NCBI GenBank assembly: GCA_963667815.1
Contig: OY764021.1
Length of the DNA: 64,000 bases
Direction: 5' to 3' (one strand)
Origin: an uncultured Saccharicrinis sp.
GTDB taxonomy: Bacteria; Bacteroidota; Bacteroidia; Bacteroidales; Marinilabiliaceae
Shown: piece after piece, positions 18,023 to 28,348 of the stretch
Layout: each line of letters begins with the position of its first letter
How positions within the stretch are numbered: the stretch's first letter is position 1
Position numbers and translations under genes: made by a program
Notes under the pieces: generated by a model
Database searches by the model: none
What the model saw: only the letters and a program-made list of their open reading frames with translations
Told to the model about the DNA's origin: nothing

Positions 18023-19951
18023 ATGAAGAAAATAATAGCAAGGAACATAGCCATAATTACGGCGATATTCATGATGACATTAGCTATCATGTTAATCACC
18101 AATTATTTTCAGGCTAAAGATGTTTCACCATTGCAAACTCAAGTTATTGAAACGCTCAAACAACTCAATGATCAAAATTCGGGTAACCCTGAGTTACAGG
18201 AGCAAATTCGTCAATTAGATTTAATGGCGCGAAAGGCCTATTTTGTAAACATGGATCACTTAATGAGAGGTGTTTACCTATTATTGGGCATGCTGGTAGT
18301 ATTCTTGATAAGTCTCAAAGTATATTTTGCAGAATATAAAGACATTCCCGACAAAGATATTGATCCGATTGATGAATGGGCTATGAAGACTCAGGCTCGT
18401 AAATATGTAGGGATTTTGGCGACTGGAATAGCTGCAATAGCGCTTTTATTTGTTGTATTTAGTATGCCTTTTATGCAAGCCACTGGCAATAATAAGGAAC
18501 CTGAAGCTAAAGAAGCCATAGTTCAAAATAATACAGAAGATCCTGAAGAAGAATATTTGGCACATTCGGCAATATCAAATGAGAATAAAACAGAAAAAGT
18601 TGAGAACGATATTGCAGTAAAAGAAGAAGTTGTTAATGAGAAATCAGATAAATCCACGGATAAAATAACAGATATAAAAGAAGAAGAAGAAACACCTATT
18701 AGTAAAAAAGAAACTATAGTTGAGAAAACTGAACAAGAGGATACAACTCCTGAAGAAAAAACTACTCCTGAAGTAGTTGAAGAACCAATTGCAAGGGTTT
18801 CTATTCCTAAAATAACCAGTAATGCCTTTAGAGGTAATGAAGCTAATGGACATTCAAAAGCAACAAATATTCCGGTAAAATGGGATTTACAATCAGGAAC
18901 TAATATTGCATGGAAAACGGCAATAACACTTCCCGGCCAAAGCACTCCTGTAATCAATAGGAACAAAATATTTATTACCGGCGGCAATAGTGAAACGCGT
19001 CAGTTACTTTGTTACGATTTAAATACAGGAGAACAACTTTGGAATGTAGCAGCCACTAATATTCCAGGATCTCCTTCCGAAGTACCGGAAACAACTGCAG
19101 ATACAGGATTAGCTTCTTCTACAGCAGCAACAAACGGAAAACAAGTTTGTGCTATTTTTGCCACAGGTGATGTTATTTGTACTGATATGGAAGGGAATTT
19201 ACTTTGGTCCAAAAACATCGGTGTTCCCGAAAACCATTATGGATATGCATCGTCATTATTGATATTAAAAAATCAGCTATTTATACAATTCGATAATACA
19301 AACATTCGTCAAATTATATCATTAAACACGCAGAATGGAGATGAAATCTGGAGAAAGGAAAGAGATGATAAAATTTCATGGAGTTCTCCTTCATTGGCTT
19401 ACGTAAACAATACTCCTCAATTGATATTAATGAGTGATCCAAGTATTACAGCTTATAACCCTGTAAATGGAGATCAATTGTGGAGGGTAGAATGTATGAT
19501 GGGTGAAGTTGGAGCCAGTACCTGTAGTTATAATGGAATCATTTACGGAGCAAGCGAATATGCCAAATTAGTGGCTATTAACGGTGCCGATGGTTCTGTT
19601 TTATGGGAGTCAATGGATTACCTTCCTGAAGCATCAAGTCCGGTTGCTACAGAAAACAACTTATACCTGGCAACATCATATGGTGTAGTTGCATCTTTCG
19701 ATACCAAAACAGGAGCACTGAAAAAGGAACATGAAACAAATGCAGAGTTTTATTCATCACCAATGTTGGTTGAAGGGAAAGTATATTTATTCAGCAATAG
19801 TGGTAAGGTACATATCTTTTCGGCTGATGATGAATTTAAGTTGCTGGATTCTTTTGAAACAGGAGAAAACACTTATGCAACTCCGGCATTTACGGACGGA
19901 CGAATGATTGTAAGAACCAATCAGAGTATTTACTGTGTAAAAGGGAATTAA
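18023..19951 (+). CDS. Multi-TM anchored PQQ-binding-like beta-propeller with long acidic linker
   Basis: Three hydrophobic segments, then an E/K/T-rich linker of about 95 aa, then FRG and TGEQLW/GDQLW/GSVLW repeats. Confidence 0.7.
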   Translation: MKKIIARNIAIITAIFMMTLAIMLITNYFQAKDVSPLQTQVIETLKQLNDQNSGNPELQEQIRQLDLMARKAYFVNMDHLMRGVYLLLGMLVVFLISLKVYFAEYKDIPDKDIDPIDEWAMKTQARKYVGILATGIAAIALLFVVFSMPFMQATGNNKEPEAKEAIVQNNTEDPEEEYLAHSAISNENKTEKVENDIAVKEEVVNEKSDKSTDKITDIKEEEETPISKKETIVEKTEQEDTTPEEKTTPEVVEEPIARVSIPKITSNAFRGNEANGHSKATNIPVKWDLQSGTNIAWKTAITLPGQSTPVINRNKIFITGGNSETRQLLCYDLNTGEQLWNVAATNIPGSPSEVPETTADTGLASSTAATNGKQVCAIFATGDVICTDMEGNLLWSKNIGVPENHYGYASSLLILKNQLFIQFDNTNIRQIISLNTQNGDEIWRKERDDKISWSSPSLAYVNNTPQLILMSDPSITAYNPVNGDQLWRVECMMGEVGASTCSYNGIIYGASEYAKLVAINGADGSVLWESMDYLPEASSPVATENNLYLATSYGVVASFDTKTGALKKEHETNAEFYSSPMLVEGKVYLFSNSGKVHIFSADDEFKLLDSFETGENTYATPAFTDGRMIVRTNQSIYCVKGN

Positions 19952-19952
19952 T

Positions 19953-22355
19953 ATGAGTAGTTGTCAATGTGATAATAACAGTAAAATAGATAAGGCAGAA
20001 TTGATTGCTAAAATGGATGCCATCATTGATCGTGTTGGGACTTCTAAAGATGTTATTATTCCTTTATTACAAGAAATCCAAGATGAATTTAGTTATTTAC
20101 CTTCTGATGCCCTTGAGCGTATTTATGAGAGAACTGAAATTGATAGGGCTCAATTAATAAGCGTATCAACTTTTTATTCTCAATTCAGACATATTCCTTA
20201 TGGCAAACACCTGATAAAGGTTTGCACAGGCACTGCCTGTCATGTAAAAGGAGCCACCAATGTATATGATTCCTTTAAGCGGGAACTAAAAATGGAAGGA
20301 GAGAATATTACTACGGATGATCAGTTGTTTTCCATTGAAAAAGTAGCTTGTCTTGGCTGTTGCACTTTGGCTCCGGTAGTACAAATAGATGATAAAATTT
20401 ACGGACACGTTTTACCGGGAAAAGTTAATGAAGTTATTCATGAGTTTATCGAAGAAAAAGCTTCTGAACAGAAAAAAGCATCGGCTAAAAAACATCATAA
20501 GGTAGCTGGTGAAATAAGATTAGGAATGGGCTCTTGTTGTCAGGCCAGTGGTTCATCTGATATCTATGAAGAGTTAAAACGGACCTCCAATGAATTGGGA
20601 ATTGATGTAGATATTAAATCCGTTGGATGTGTTGGAGTATGTAATAAAGTACCTTTAATTGATGTGGTTTCGGAGGATGGATCTATCAAACGCTATCCCA
20701 AAGTAAAAGCTTCTGAAATAAAAGAAATATTACACTATCATTTTAAACCAGCCGGCTATTTTACACGATTAAAAAATAGTCTGATTAACCGTGTAGATAC
20801 TTATCATACAGATATAACCTGGGACAATGTAATCTGGAAATCTGAAAATGAACGAACAGGTTTAATTGACAGTTTTTTAGCTTCTCAGAAACATATTTCA
20901 ACAGAAGGCTTCGGCTATTTAGCTCCTCTGGATCTTGATGAGTACAGAAAGTATGAAGGATTTGAAGGACTACAAAAAGTTCTTACCGACAGAAATCCCA
21001 GACAACTGGCCAATGATATTTTAAACAGTGGACTTCGGGGCCGTGGAGGCGGTGGTTTTCCAACCGGAAAAAAATGGGAAATTGTAGCAGCTTCCGATAA
21101 AAAAGATAAGTATGTAATCTGTAATGGAGACGAAGGTGACCCTGGTGCTTTTATGGATCGAATGATTTTAGAATCCTATCCTTTCAGAGTTATTGAAGGA
21201 ATGATTATTGCCGGTTATGCTGTTGGTGCCAATAAGGGTGTTTTCTATATTCGGGCTGAGTACCCTTTAGCTGTAAAACGAATTCAAAAGGCACTGGAGT
21301 TTTGTAAAGAACAAAATCTGATTGGCTCAAATATTTTAGGTAGTGATTTTTCTTTTGATATTTCCATATTCGAAGGGGCCGGAGCTTTTGTCTGTGGTGA
21401 AGAAACGGCTTTAATTGCCTCTATTGAAGGTGACCGTGGTTTTCCAAAACAACGTCCTCCCTACCCTGCTGTTGCCGGTTTACATGGTTGTCCTACTTTG
21501 GTAAATAATGTTGAAACCCTAAGCCAAATTTCTTATGTCATCAGAAAAGGTGTAAATACATACAACCAGATAGGAACTGAAAACAGCAAAGGAACAAAGG
21601 TTTTTGCCTTAGCTGGTAAGATCAAAAATGGAGGTTTAATTGAAGTTCCAATGGGTATTACACTAAACCAAATCATTGAAGAAATTGGAGGTGGTGTTGA
21701 AAAAGATGAAAAATTGAAAGCGGTCCAGATTGGTGGTCCTTCAGGAGGTTGTATTCCGGCCAACCTTTGCGATATAAAAGTTGACTTTGATGCTTTTAAC
21801 CAAATGGGTGCCATGATGGGTTCCGGAGGTTTGGTTGTGCTGAGCGAGAAGGATTGCATGGTGGACATGGCTCGTTACTTCTTGACTTTTACATCGGAAC
21901 AAAGTTGTGGTAAATGTACATTCTGCAGAGTAGGCACAAAAAGAATGCTTGATATTCTGGATAAGCTATGCAGTGGGAAAGCGCAAATGGAGGACATTGA
22001 TAAACTGGAAGAATTAGCCATCAATGTAAAAAAATCGTCCTTATGTGGTTTAGGAAAAACTGCGCCAAATCCGGTTTTAACCACTCTAAAATATTTTAGA
22101 GAAGAGTACGAAGAGCATGTGAATGGTATATGCAAAACTGGTACATGCAAGGACATGATTATTTTTGAAGTGACCGATGATTGTATTGGATGTACAAAAT
22201 GTGCAAAAGCCTGTCCGGTTGATGCCATTCCATACGAGCCATATAAAGTACATCATATAGATACCGAATTATGCGTTAAATGTGGTTTATGTATTGATGA
22301 ATGCAGTTATGATGCTATAATTAAAGTTCCTATCAATCAAGAGCAAACAGCTTAA
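19953..22355 (+). CDS. NuoE(HydC)-NuoF(HydB) fusion NADH:flavin/Fe-S module
   Basis: VCTGTAC...CLGCC (2Fe-2S); second thioredoxin-like Cys set SCC...GCVGVC; GLRGRGGGGFPTG; NGDEGDPGAFMDR; CGEETAL; GGPSGG; SCGKCTFCRVG...CGLG; two C-terminal CxxCxxCxxxC motifs. Confidence 0.9.
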   Translation: MSSCQCDNNSKIDKAELIAKMDAIIDRVGTSKDVIIPLLQEIQDEFSYLPSDALERIYERTEIDRAQLISVSTFYSQFRHIPYGKHLIKVCTGTACHVKGATNVYDSFKRELKMEGENITTDDQLFSIEKVACLGCCTLAPVVQIDDKIYGHVLPGKVNEVIHEFIEEKASEQKKASAKKHHKVAGEIRLGMGSCCQASGSSDIYEELKRTSNELGIDVDIKSVGCVGVCNKVPLIDVVSEDGSIKRYPKVKASEIKEILHYHFKPAGYFTRLKNSLINRVDTYHTDITWDNVIWKSENERTGLIDSFLASQKHISTEGFGYLAPLDLDEYRKYEGFEGLQKVLTDRNPRQLANDILNSGLRGRGGGGFPTGKKWEIVAASDKKDKYVICNGDEGDPGAFMDRMILESYPFRVIEGMIIAGYAVGANKGVFYIRAEYPLAVKRIQKALEFCKEQNLIGSNILGSDFSFDISIFEGAGAFVCGEETALIASIEGDRGFPKQRPPYPAVAGLHGCPTLVNNVETLSQISYVIRKGVNTYNQIGTENSKGTKVFALAGKIKNGGLIEVPMGITLNQIIEEIGGGVEKDEKLKAVQIGGPSGGCIPANLCDIKVDFDAFNQMGAMMGSGGLVVLSEKDCMVDMARYFLTFTSEQSCGKCTFCRVGTKRMLDILDKLCSGKAQMEDIDKLEELAINVKKSSLCGLGKTAPNPVLTTLKYFREEYEEHVNGICKTGTCKDMIIFEVTDDCIGCTKCAKACPVDAIPYEPYKVHHIDTELCVKCGLCIDECSYDAIIKVPINQEQTA

Positions 22356-22375
22356 ACCATTCGTAAAATAAGGAT

Positions 22376-23371
22376 ATGCAAATAACAATAGATCATAAAA
22401 ATATAGAAGTCTTAAATGGAGAAAGCATTTTAGAAGCAGCTCGTCGATTTGGAATTGAAATTCCATCCATGTGTTATGCTAAAAATGCAAATCATAAATC
22501 ATCATGTATGGTATGTGCCGTTAAGAATTTGGCTAATGGTCAAATGATTCCATCGTGTACTACCATGCCTGTTGAAGGTATGCAAATTGAATCAGATACA
22601 GACGAGGTAAAGCAAATCCGTAAACTGTCCTTTGAATTGCTGCTAAGTGATCACAGAGCCGACTGCGAAGCACCTTGTTCGTTGGTGTGTCCTCATGGGC
22701 TGGATGTAGAACTCATGCTACATTTTTATGATAATCAAAAATATACTGAGGCCTGCCAAATCATTAAAGGTGCTTTTCCTTTGCCTGAAATTAAGTGTGA
22801 TCAATGTAAAGCACCTTGTGAGAAGGCTTGCCGAAGAGGAAATATAGATGAACCTGTAGCCATAAGGAAAATAATAAAAAAGGTGGTTGACATGTTTGAT
22901 GTTGCTGAAATTGCTCCTATTGAAAACAGATCGATTGATAAACAGATGTTTCAATCACGTCTGGGTCGATTTTCAGAAAAGGAAAAACAACTTTTAAAGG
23001 ATAATATCAACACAGAATCGAGATGTTTACATTGTGCGTGTGCCGGAAAATCAGATTGCAAGCTAAGAACTTATGCCACTCAAATATCCATTAAACGTCC
23101 TAAATACGATGTCTCATCAGAAATACCTATCATGAATAAAATTCATGTTAAAGGTAACTTATGGTTTGAACAGGCAAAGTGTATTCGATGTGGTTTATGT
23201 GTTTATAACAGCAAGAATGGATTTACGTTTAAAGATCGCGGGTTTGGAATGCAAGTGTTTTTACCCCTTGAAAACCGCTCAAACGTCAATGAAGATCTAG
23301 CTGGTCTTTGCCCAACAGGAGCTTTGTATTTGCAAAACCAAGTAGCTTCTGAACCTGAAAATTATGATTAG
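22376..23371 (+). CDS. NuoG/HydA-N-terminal-like Fe-S subunit with GltD-like Cys segment and no catalytic domain
   Basis: IPSMC...SCMVC...SCT (2Fe-2S); DCEAPCSLVCP and CDQCKAPCEKACRR (GltD N-terminal type); RCLHCAC....CKL; KCIRCGLC...CPTGAL. Only 331 aa. Confidence 0.75.
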   Translation: MQITIDHKNIEVLNGESILEAARRFGIEIPSMCYAKNANHKSSCMVCAVKNLANGQMIPSCTTMPVEGMQIESDTDEVKQIRKLSFELLLSDHRADCEAPCSLVCPHGLDVELMLHFYDNQKYTEACQIIKGAFPLPEIKCDQCKAPCEKACRRGNIDEPVAIRKIIKKVVDMFDVAEIAPIENRSIDKQMFQSRLGRFSEKEKQLLKDNINTESRCLHCACAGKSDCKLRTYATQISIKRPKYDVSSEIPIMNKIHVKGNLWFEQAKCIRCGLCVYNSKNGFTFKDRGFGMQVFLPLENRSNVNEDLAGLCPTGALYLQNQVASEPENYD

Positions 23372-23404
23372 ATAATTTATTAAGCATCAAACACCATAGT
23401 TGCT

Positions 23405-24559
23405 ATGATAAGAAAAATTATATATTACCTGATTTCAATTATTGCTGTAACGGCTTGCAGTTTACAATCTAATTCTTCTGACTCAACCGAAGATTTAAAC
23501 TGGAGGTTATTCAGGGGGAATAGTGGATTAAGTGGCTATACCGATAAATCATTACCGGATATTCCTGTTCTTAATTGGGTTTATGAAGCAAAAGAAAGAA
23601 CGGTTTCTTCACCTGTTGTGGAGGAAGGAACAACATACTGGTGCGACAGAAAAGGATTAATTAATGGAGTTGATATCAATGGTCAACTTGTCTTTTCTTT
23701 TGCATTGCATACGGCAGTTGAGGCAACACCCCTAATCAAAGATTCAATATTATATATCGGACGAATTGATGGATATTTAACAGCCATTTCTTTATCTCAA
23801 AAAGATTCCATTTGGAACTATGAAACATTAGGGCAAATTTCAGCATCACCCAACGTGGCAACCTTTCAAAATCAGGAAGCTATTGTGGCGGGTAGCTATG
23901 ATAATTTTATGTACTGTGTTAACCGTAAGGATGGTTCACTGATTAATAAGTTTGAATCGGGTTATTACCTAAACGGAGCTGCTGCCCTATGGAACAACCA
24001 TGTTTTATTTGGAGGTTGTGATGGCTGGTTGAGAATTATTAACTGCGAAACCGGTGAAGCCACTGATTCTATGAAAACGGAAGCATATATTCCCTCCTCT
24101 CCTGCCATCATGGGAAATTACTGTTATGTTGGTGATTACAATGGAAACATGTATGAATTACTGTTGGAAAATGGTAAAATATCAGGTCATAAAAAGATTA
24201 CATCTGCCACTGAAAAAAATGGATCCTTTGTTTCTGTTCCTGCCATAAGTGCACACGATGTATTTTTTTACCCGGATAATCGACACCTACTTTCTATTAA
24301 CAGAAGAACTGGAGAAACCAACTGGAAATATATGCTTAAAGGTGATGTTGGCGAAAGTGCCCCGGTTATTTGTCAAAACAAGATAATTACTTGCACCAAG
24401 ACCGGAATCATTAGCATTATGGATACAGAAACAGGTAAATTGATATGGGAATATGACACAGGAGAGCAAATTATTGGTTCGCCTGCTATCATCAAGAACC
24501 ATTTTTTGATATTAACTTCAAAAGGAAGTTTATTCTGTTTTGGACCCCAAAAACAATAA
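23405..24559 (+). CDS. Lipoprotein with PQQ-binding-like beta-propeller
   Basis: Lipobox VTA-C; WRLFRG; S[AS]P repeats; TGETNW and TGKLIW. Confidence 0.75.
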   Translation: MIRKIIYYLISIIAVTACSLQSNSSDSTEDLNWRLFRGNSGLSGYTDKSLPDIPVLNWVYEAKERTVSSPVVEEGTTYWCDRKGLINGVDINGQLVFSFALHTAVEATPLIKDSILYIGRIDGYLTAISLSQKDSIWNYETLGQISASPNVATFQNQEAIVAGSYDNFMYCVNRKDGSLINKFESGYYLNGAAALWNNHVLFGGCDGWLRIINCETGEATDSMKTEAYIPSSPAIMGNYCYVGDYNGNMYELLLENGKISGHKKITSATEKNGSFVSVPAISAHDVFFYPDNRHLLSINRRTGETNWKYMLKGDVGESAPVICQNKIITCTKTGIISIMDTETGKLIWEYDTGEQIIGSPAIIKNHFLILTSKGSLFCFGPQKQ

Positions 24560-24563
24560 ACAA

Positions 24564-25235
24564 ATGACGATACTAAAATTATCTAACATAAAAAAACAAT
24601 TTCAGGATGGTGAGAGCCACATCAATACGGTTCTCAACGGACTCGATTTAGAAGTGAAAAAAGGTGAGTTTATCGCCATCAAAGGGCCTTCTGGTTCAGG
24701 TAAAACCACACTATTATCTGTTTTGGGAACACTATTAGATTCTGATGAAGGAAGTTATTGGCTCGAGGGGCAAGATATCACCACCAAGGGTGTGGACAAA
24801 TTCAAAATTCGCAATGAAAAAATTGGTTTTGTTTTTCAGGATCATCGATTGTTACCTCAATATTCTGCACTTGAAAATATTTTACTTCCTGTTCTTGCCT
24901 ATCAAAAGGAAGCAAAAAAAGAACAGATTGAGTATGCGCTTCAATTGATGCAAATTACAAAAATTGACCATGTTGCCCATCAATATCCTCAAACCTTATC
25001 TGGTGGAGAAGCCAGTCGTGTTGCTGTTTGCAGGGCTTTAATAATGAAGCCAGCAATTTTACTGGCTGATGAACCTACCGGACAATTGGATATTAGCAAT
25101 GCGCACAATATTATTTCAATGCTATCTGAAATAAACGACAAGCTACATACTACCATTATAATGGTTACACATTCTGAAGAAATGGCTCAAGAGGCTCAAA
25201 GAATAGTTACACTTAAAAACGGCGTTTTACAGTGA
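24564..25235 (+). CDS. LolD/MacB-type ABC transporter ATP-binding protein
   Basis: Walker A GPSGSGKT, signature LSGGE, Walker B LLADEPTG, VTH switch. ATG at 24564. Confidence 0.92.
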   Translation: MTILKLSNIKKQFQDGESHINTVLNGLDLEVKKGEFIAIKGPSGSGKTTLLSVLGTLLDSDEGSYWLEGQDITTKGVDKFKIRNEKIGFVFQDHRLLPQYSALENILLPVLAYQKEAKKEQIEYALQLMQITKIDHVAHQYPQTLSGGEASRVAVCRALIMKPAILLADEPTGQLDISNAHNIISMLSEINDKLHTTIIMVTHSEEMAQEAQRIVTLKNGVLQ

Positions 25236-28200
25236 AAATTAAAGATATCATACATAAAAACATAGTTTTCTATGCCCGTTATTTTAAACTGGTTGGACTA
25301 GCTATTCTCATTTCTGTAGCTGTTATAGTAGGCAGTCTTGTCATTGGTGATTCTGTCAGATCTAGTTTAATAAATCGTGTAAAAGAAAGACTTGGAAATA
25401 CAGAAACTGTTGTTTTTGCAAACCAGTCATTTTTAAATAAGGATTTTTGCAAACAGTCAATATTTGGAAATGCAGCCAGAGGCATTTTGTTGACCAATGG
25501 ATTCATCTCTGCTAATGGAACATTGCTACCAGTTATGGTATGGGGTGTTGACGATATGGAGGTTTCAACTGGAAATACCAAAATAAATCAGGCTTTATAT
25601 AATGAACTAAGTATTCAGCCCGGAACTTCCATTGTATTGCGCCTTCCAGCAAAGGGGTTAGTTCCTTCCGGTTCGTTATTTGTTACTGAAAACTACACTA
25701 CAAGTTTAAGATTACAATTATCTGAAGTTGTTGATTCTGAGCATGGCGGAAACATTGGTCTTAAAAATGAACAAACCCTCCCTTTAAACATATTTGTCAG
25801 TCGAGAGGAATTAGCCGAAGCGATGGATGTTCCGGGAAAAATAAACTTGATTTTAAGTGACAAGCCAGTTTCATCATCAGACATTCAAAATAGTTGGAAA
25901 TATAGTGCTTCCGGATTAAGCATTACCAATAATAACGAATTTAAAGAAATTAGTTCCGATAGAGTATTTTTGCAAAAAGAAGTATTAGAAAATATAAGGC
26001 AAAATAATACCAATACCAACCGAATTTATTCCTATCTGGCAAATTCTATTAACTCAAAAGAGTCTTCTATCCCCTACACATTTGTCAGTGCCGTTGATCG
26101 GTATCAAAACGAAAAACTTAAAAATAATGAAGTAATATTATCTGATTATACCGCTCAACGTTTAAATGCTCATATAGGCGAATTAGTAAATATCAGCTTT
26201 TATATCTCTCAGGATTTTAAAACACTTCAATCTGATTCTGTTCAATTAAGAGTTAAAAAAATAGTTCCTTTATCCGAATTAAGTGCTGATTCAACTTTAA
26301 GTGCAGATTTTCCCGGCATTTCTGATGTAGAACGATGTACCGAATGGGATAGTGATCTTCCGATAGACATGGACTTAATCACAACGGAAGATGAACACTA
26401 CTGGGAAATGTATCACTCCACTCCCAAGGCCATTTTACCCTACGAAGCCATAGCCGATAAATGGGGAAATGATTATGGTTATGCTACTTCCATCAGAGTG
26501 TACGATTCTTCAGCCAAGCTAAAATCGTTAACTCCCGATATGTTTGGTGTTCAGGTATTCCAACCCAGGGAATCAGGAATCTACGCTGCAAAAAATGGCG
26601 TTGACTTTGCTGGTTTATTCATGTCGCTGGGATTCTTTATTATCATTTCAGCCATGCTCTTAATGATTATTCCTGTTTCTGAAATGATGATTCAAAGGAA
26701 GGGAGAATTACAATTAATGAATGCTCTAGGATACACGCCCAAGAAGCTTAAAAAGATCATTTGGCTTGAGTCGGCTCCTGTAGTAATTTCATCATCTGTT
26801 GTGGGTGTCATAATTGGGGTTATTTATACCGCCGTTATTATGTGGCTGTTGGGAACTTACTGGAAAGGTGCTACACACACTGAAGGTTTTTCTGTTTATC
26901 CCAATTGGATTACGTTAGCTGCAGGACTTTTCATTGGTATCCTCCTTTCTCTTATGATTTTGCGAAGAGTTATTGCTAAAAACATCAATGAGAAAACAAA
27001 AAAAATAAAACCTCAAATACAAAAATTAAAACGCAAAAGAGGATTCGTAATCCTCATGAGTTCTTTAACCGTACTTGTTGCTCTTTACAACTTAATTATT
27101 TCAACTTCAGTAGCTTTATTTTCTGTGGTTGGTTTGTTACTGATGATCACATTTGCCTTACTGGGTGATTATTTAATTTGTTCAAAAGGAAATTATTCTA
27201 CAAATCAGTTTAATGATATTAAGATGATTTTTCGTACACTTCTGGCGAATCGAAAACAAGCTTTATTATCTTATTTCTCATTAGCTTTTGGAGTATTTAT
27301 CGTTTTTTCTGTAGGATTAAATCGTCAGGATTTTTCCAACTCTGCAACTTTAGAAAATGCAACAGGAGGTTATTCTCTTTGGTGCGAAAGTAGCATTCCG
27401 GTATATCACAACATCAATACATTGCAAGGTAGAAAGAAACTTAATCTCACAGATTTACCCGATGATGCCGAAATTTTGCAATGTTTAAAATATTCTGCAG
27501 ACGAGGCAAGTTGTCTTAACCTAAATAAAGTAAGTACACCATCTGTTTTAGGAATTGATCTTAAATCACTATTGAATGGCCCCATGAAGGTTCAAAATAA
27601 TATATATGATTTGCAAAAAGATGATTTACTAAAGCAATTAAAAACAGAAAATAACAAAGTAATCCCTGCATTGATTGATGCAACGGTTCTTCAATGGAGT
27701 TTAGGAAAATCATTGGGAGATACTATTTATTATACAGGATCTAATGGTCAGGAATACTCCATATTGTTAGCAGGAACACTTCCCAACACCATTTTTCAAG
27801 GATACATTTTAGTTGATCAAAGTCTGTTTTCTAATGTATGGGAAACAACAAATGGAAGTGAGTTGTTTTTAATAAATACTGAGCATGAGCATTTGCAAGA
27901 AGTTAAAACTTTGGTTTCTCAAGCCATGCACGAATATGGTGTTAGGGTAACAACTACAAACGATCGACTAAAACAATTTAATACAGTAACAGACACATAC
28001 TTAACCATATTTTTAACACTGGGAGGCATTGGTTTATTGCTGGGGATATTTGGTTTTATTATTGTGATTCGCAAAAACTTAAGTATCCGACAACAAGAGA
28101 TTAAATTATATAGTACACTGGGATTTTTAAGTGTAAAAATTGAAGATGTTCTATATCGTGAAAATAGGATTGTACCCTTATATGCAATTGCAACCGGACT

Positions 28201-28348
28201 TTTTAGTGCCTTAATTGGGATTGGTACAAACTTTAAAAATGTGCAAATAAATGTATGGTTTACAGCTTTTCTTTTTGCCTTTTTATTTGTGATGCTAACC
28301 ATCCTTTTCGTGAAAAGAATTGTAAAAAAAGAAATAACCAAATGGTAA
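25232..28348 (+). CDS. Double FtsX/MacB-type ABC permease (1038 aa)
   Basis: Two units of TM + large periplasmic domain + TM cluster; QRKGELQLMNALG and RQQEIKLYSTLG coupling-helix motifs; GTGA overlap with the ATPase gene. Confidence 0.85.
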   Translation: MKIKDIIHKNIVFYARYFKLVGLAILISVAVIVGSLVIGDSVRSSLINRVKERLGNTETVVFANQSFLNKDFCKQSIFGNAARGILLTNGFISANGTLLPVMVWGVDDMEVSTGNTKINQALYNELSIQPGTSIVLRLPAKGLVPSGSLFVTENYTTSLRLQLSEVVDSEHGGNIGLKNEQTLPLNIFVSREELAEAMDVPGKINLILSDKPVSSSDIQNSWKYSASGLSITNNNEFKEISSDRVFLQKEVLENIRQNNTNTNRIYSYLANSINSKESSIPYTFVSAVDRYQNEKLKNNEVILSDYTAQRLNAHIGELVNISFYISQDFKTLQSDSVQLRVKKIVPLSELSADSTLSADFPGISDVERCTEWDSDLPIDMDLITTEDEHYWEMYHSTPKAILPYEAIADKWGNDYGYATSIRVYDSSAKLKSLTPDMFGVQVFQPRESGIYAAKNGVDFAGLFMSLGFFIIISAMLLMIIPVSEMMIQRKGELQLMNALGYTPKKLKKIIWLESAPVVISSSVVGVIIGVIYTAVIMWLLGTYWKGATHTEGFSVYPNWITLAAGLFIGILLSLMILRRVIAKNINEKTKKIKPQIQKLKRKRGFVILMSSLTVLVALYNLIISTSVALFSVVGLLLMITFALLGDYLICSKGNYSTNQFNDIKMIFRTLLANRKQALLSYFSLAFGVFIVFSVGLNRQDFSNSATLENATGGYSLWCESSIPVYHNINTLQGRKKLNLTDLPDDAEILQCLKYSADEASCLNLNKVSTPSVLGIDLKSLLNGPMKVQNNIYDLQKDDLLKQLKTENNKVIPALIDATVLQWSLGKSLGDTIYYTGSNGQEYSILLAGTLPNTIFQGYILVDQSLFSNVWETTNGSELFLINTEHEHLQEVKTLVSQAMHEYGVRVTTTNDRLKQFNTVTDTYLTIFLTLGGIGLLLGIFGFIIVIRKNLSIRQQEIKLYSTLGFLSVKIEDVLYRENRIVPLYAIATGLFSALIGIGTNFKNVQINVWFTAFLFAFLFVMLTILFVKRIVKKEITKW

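Noticed and set aside
19953-23371. Complex I (nuoEFG), [FeFe]-hydrogenase or formate dehydrogenase
   Set aside because: No other nuo subunits, H-cluster motifs, molybdopterin domain or maturases are present.
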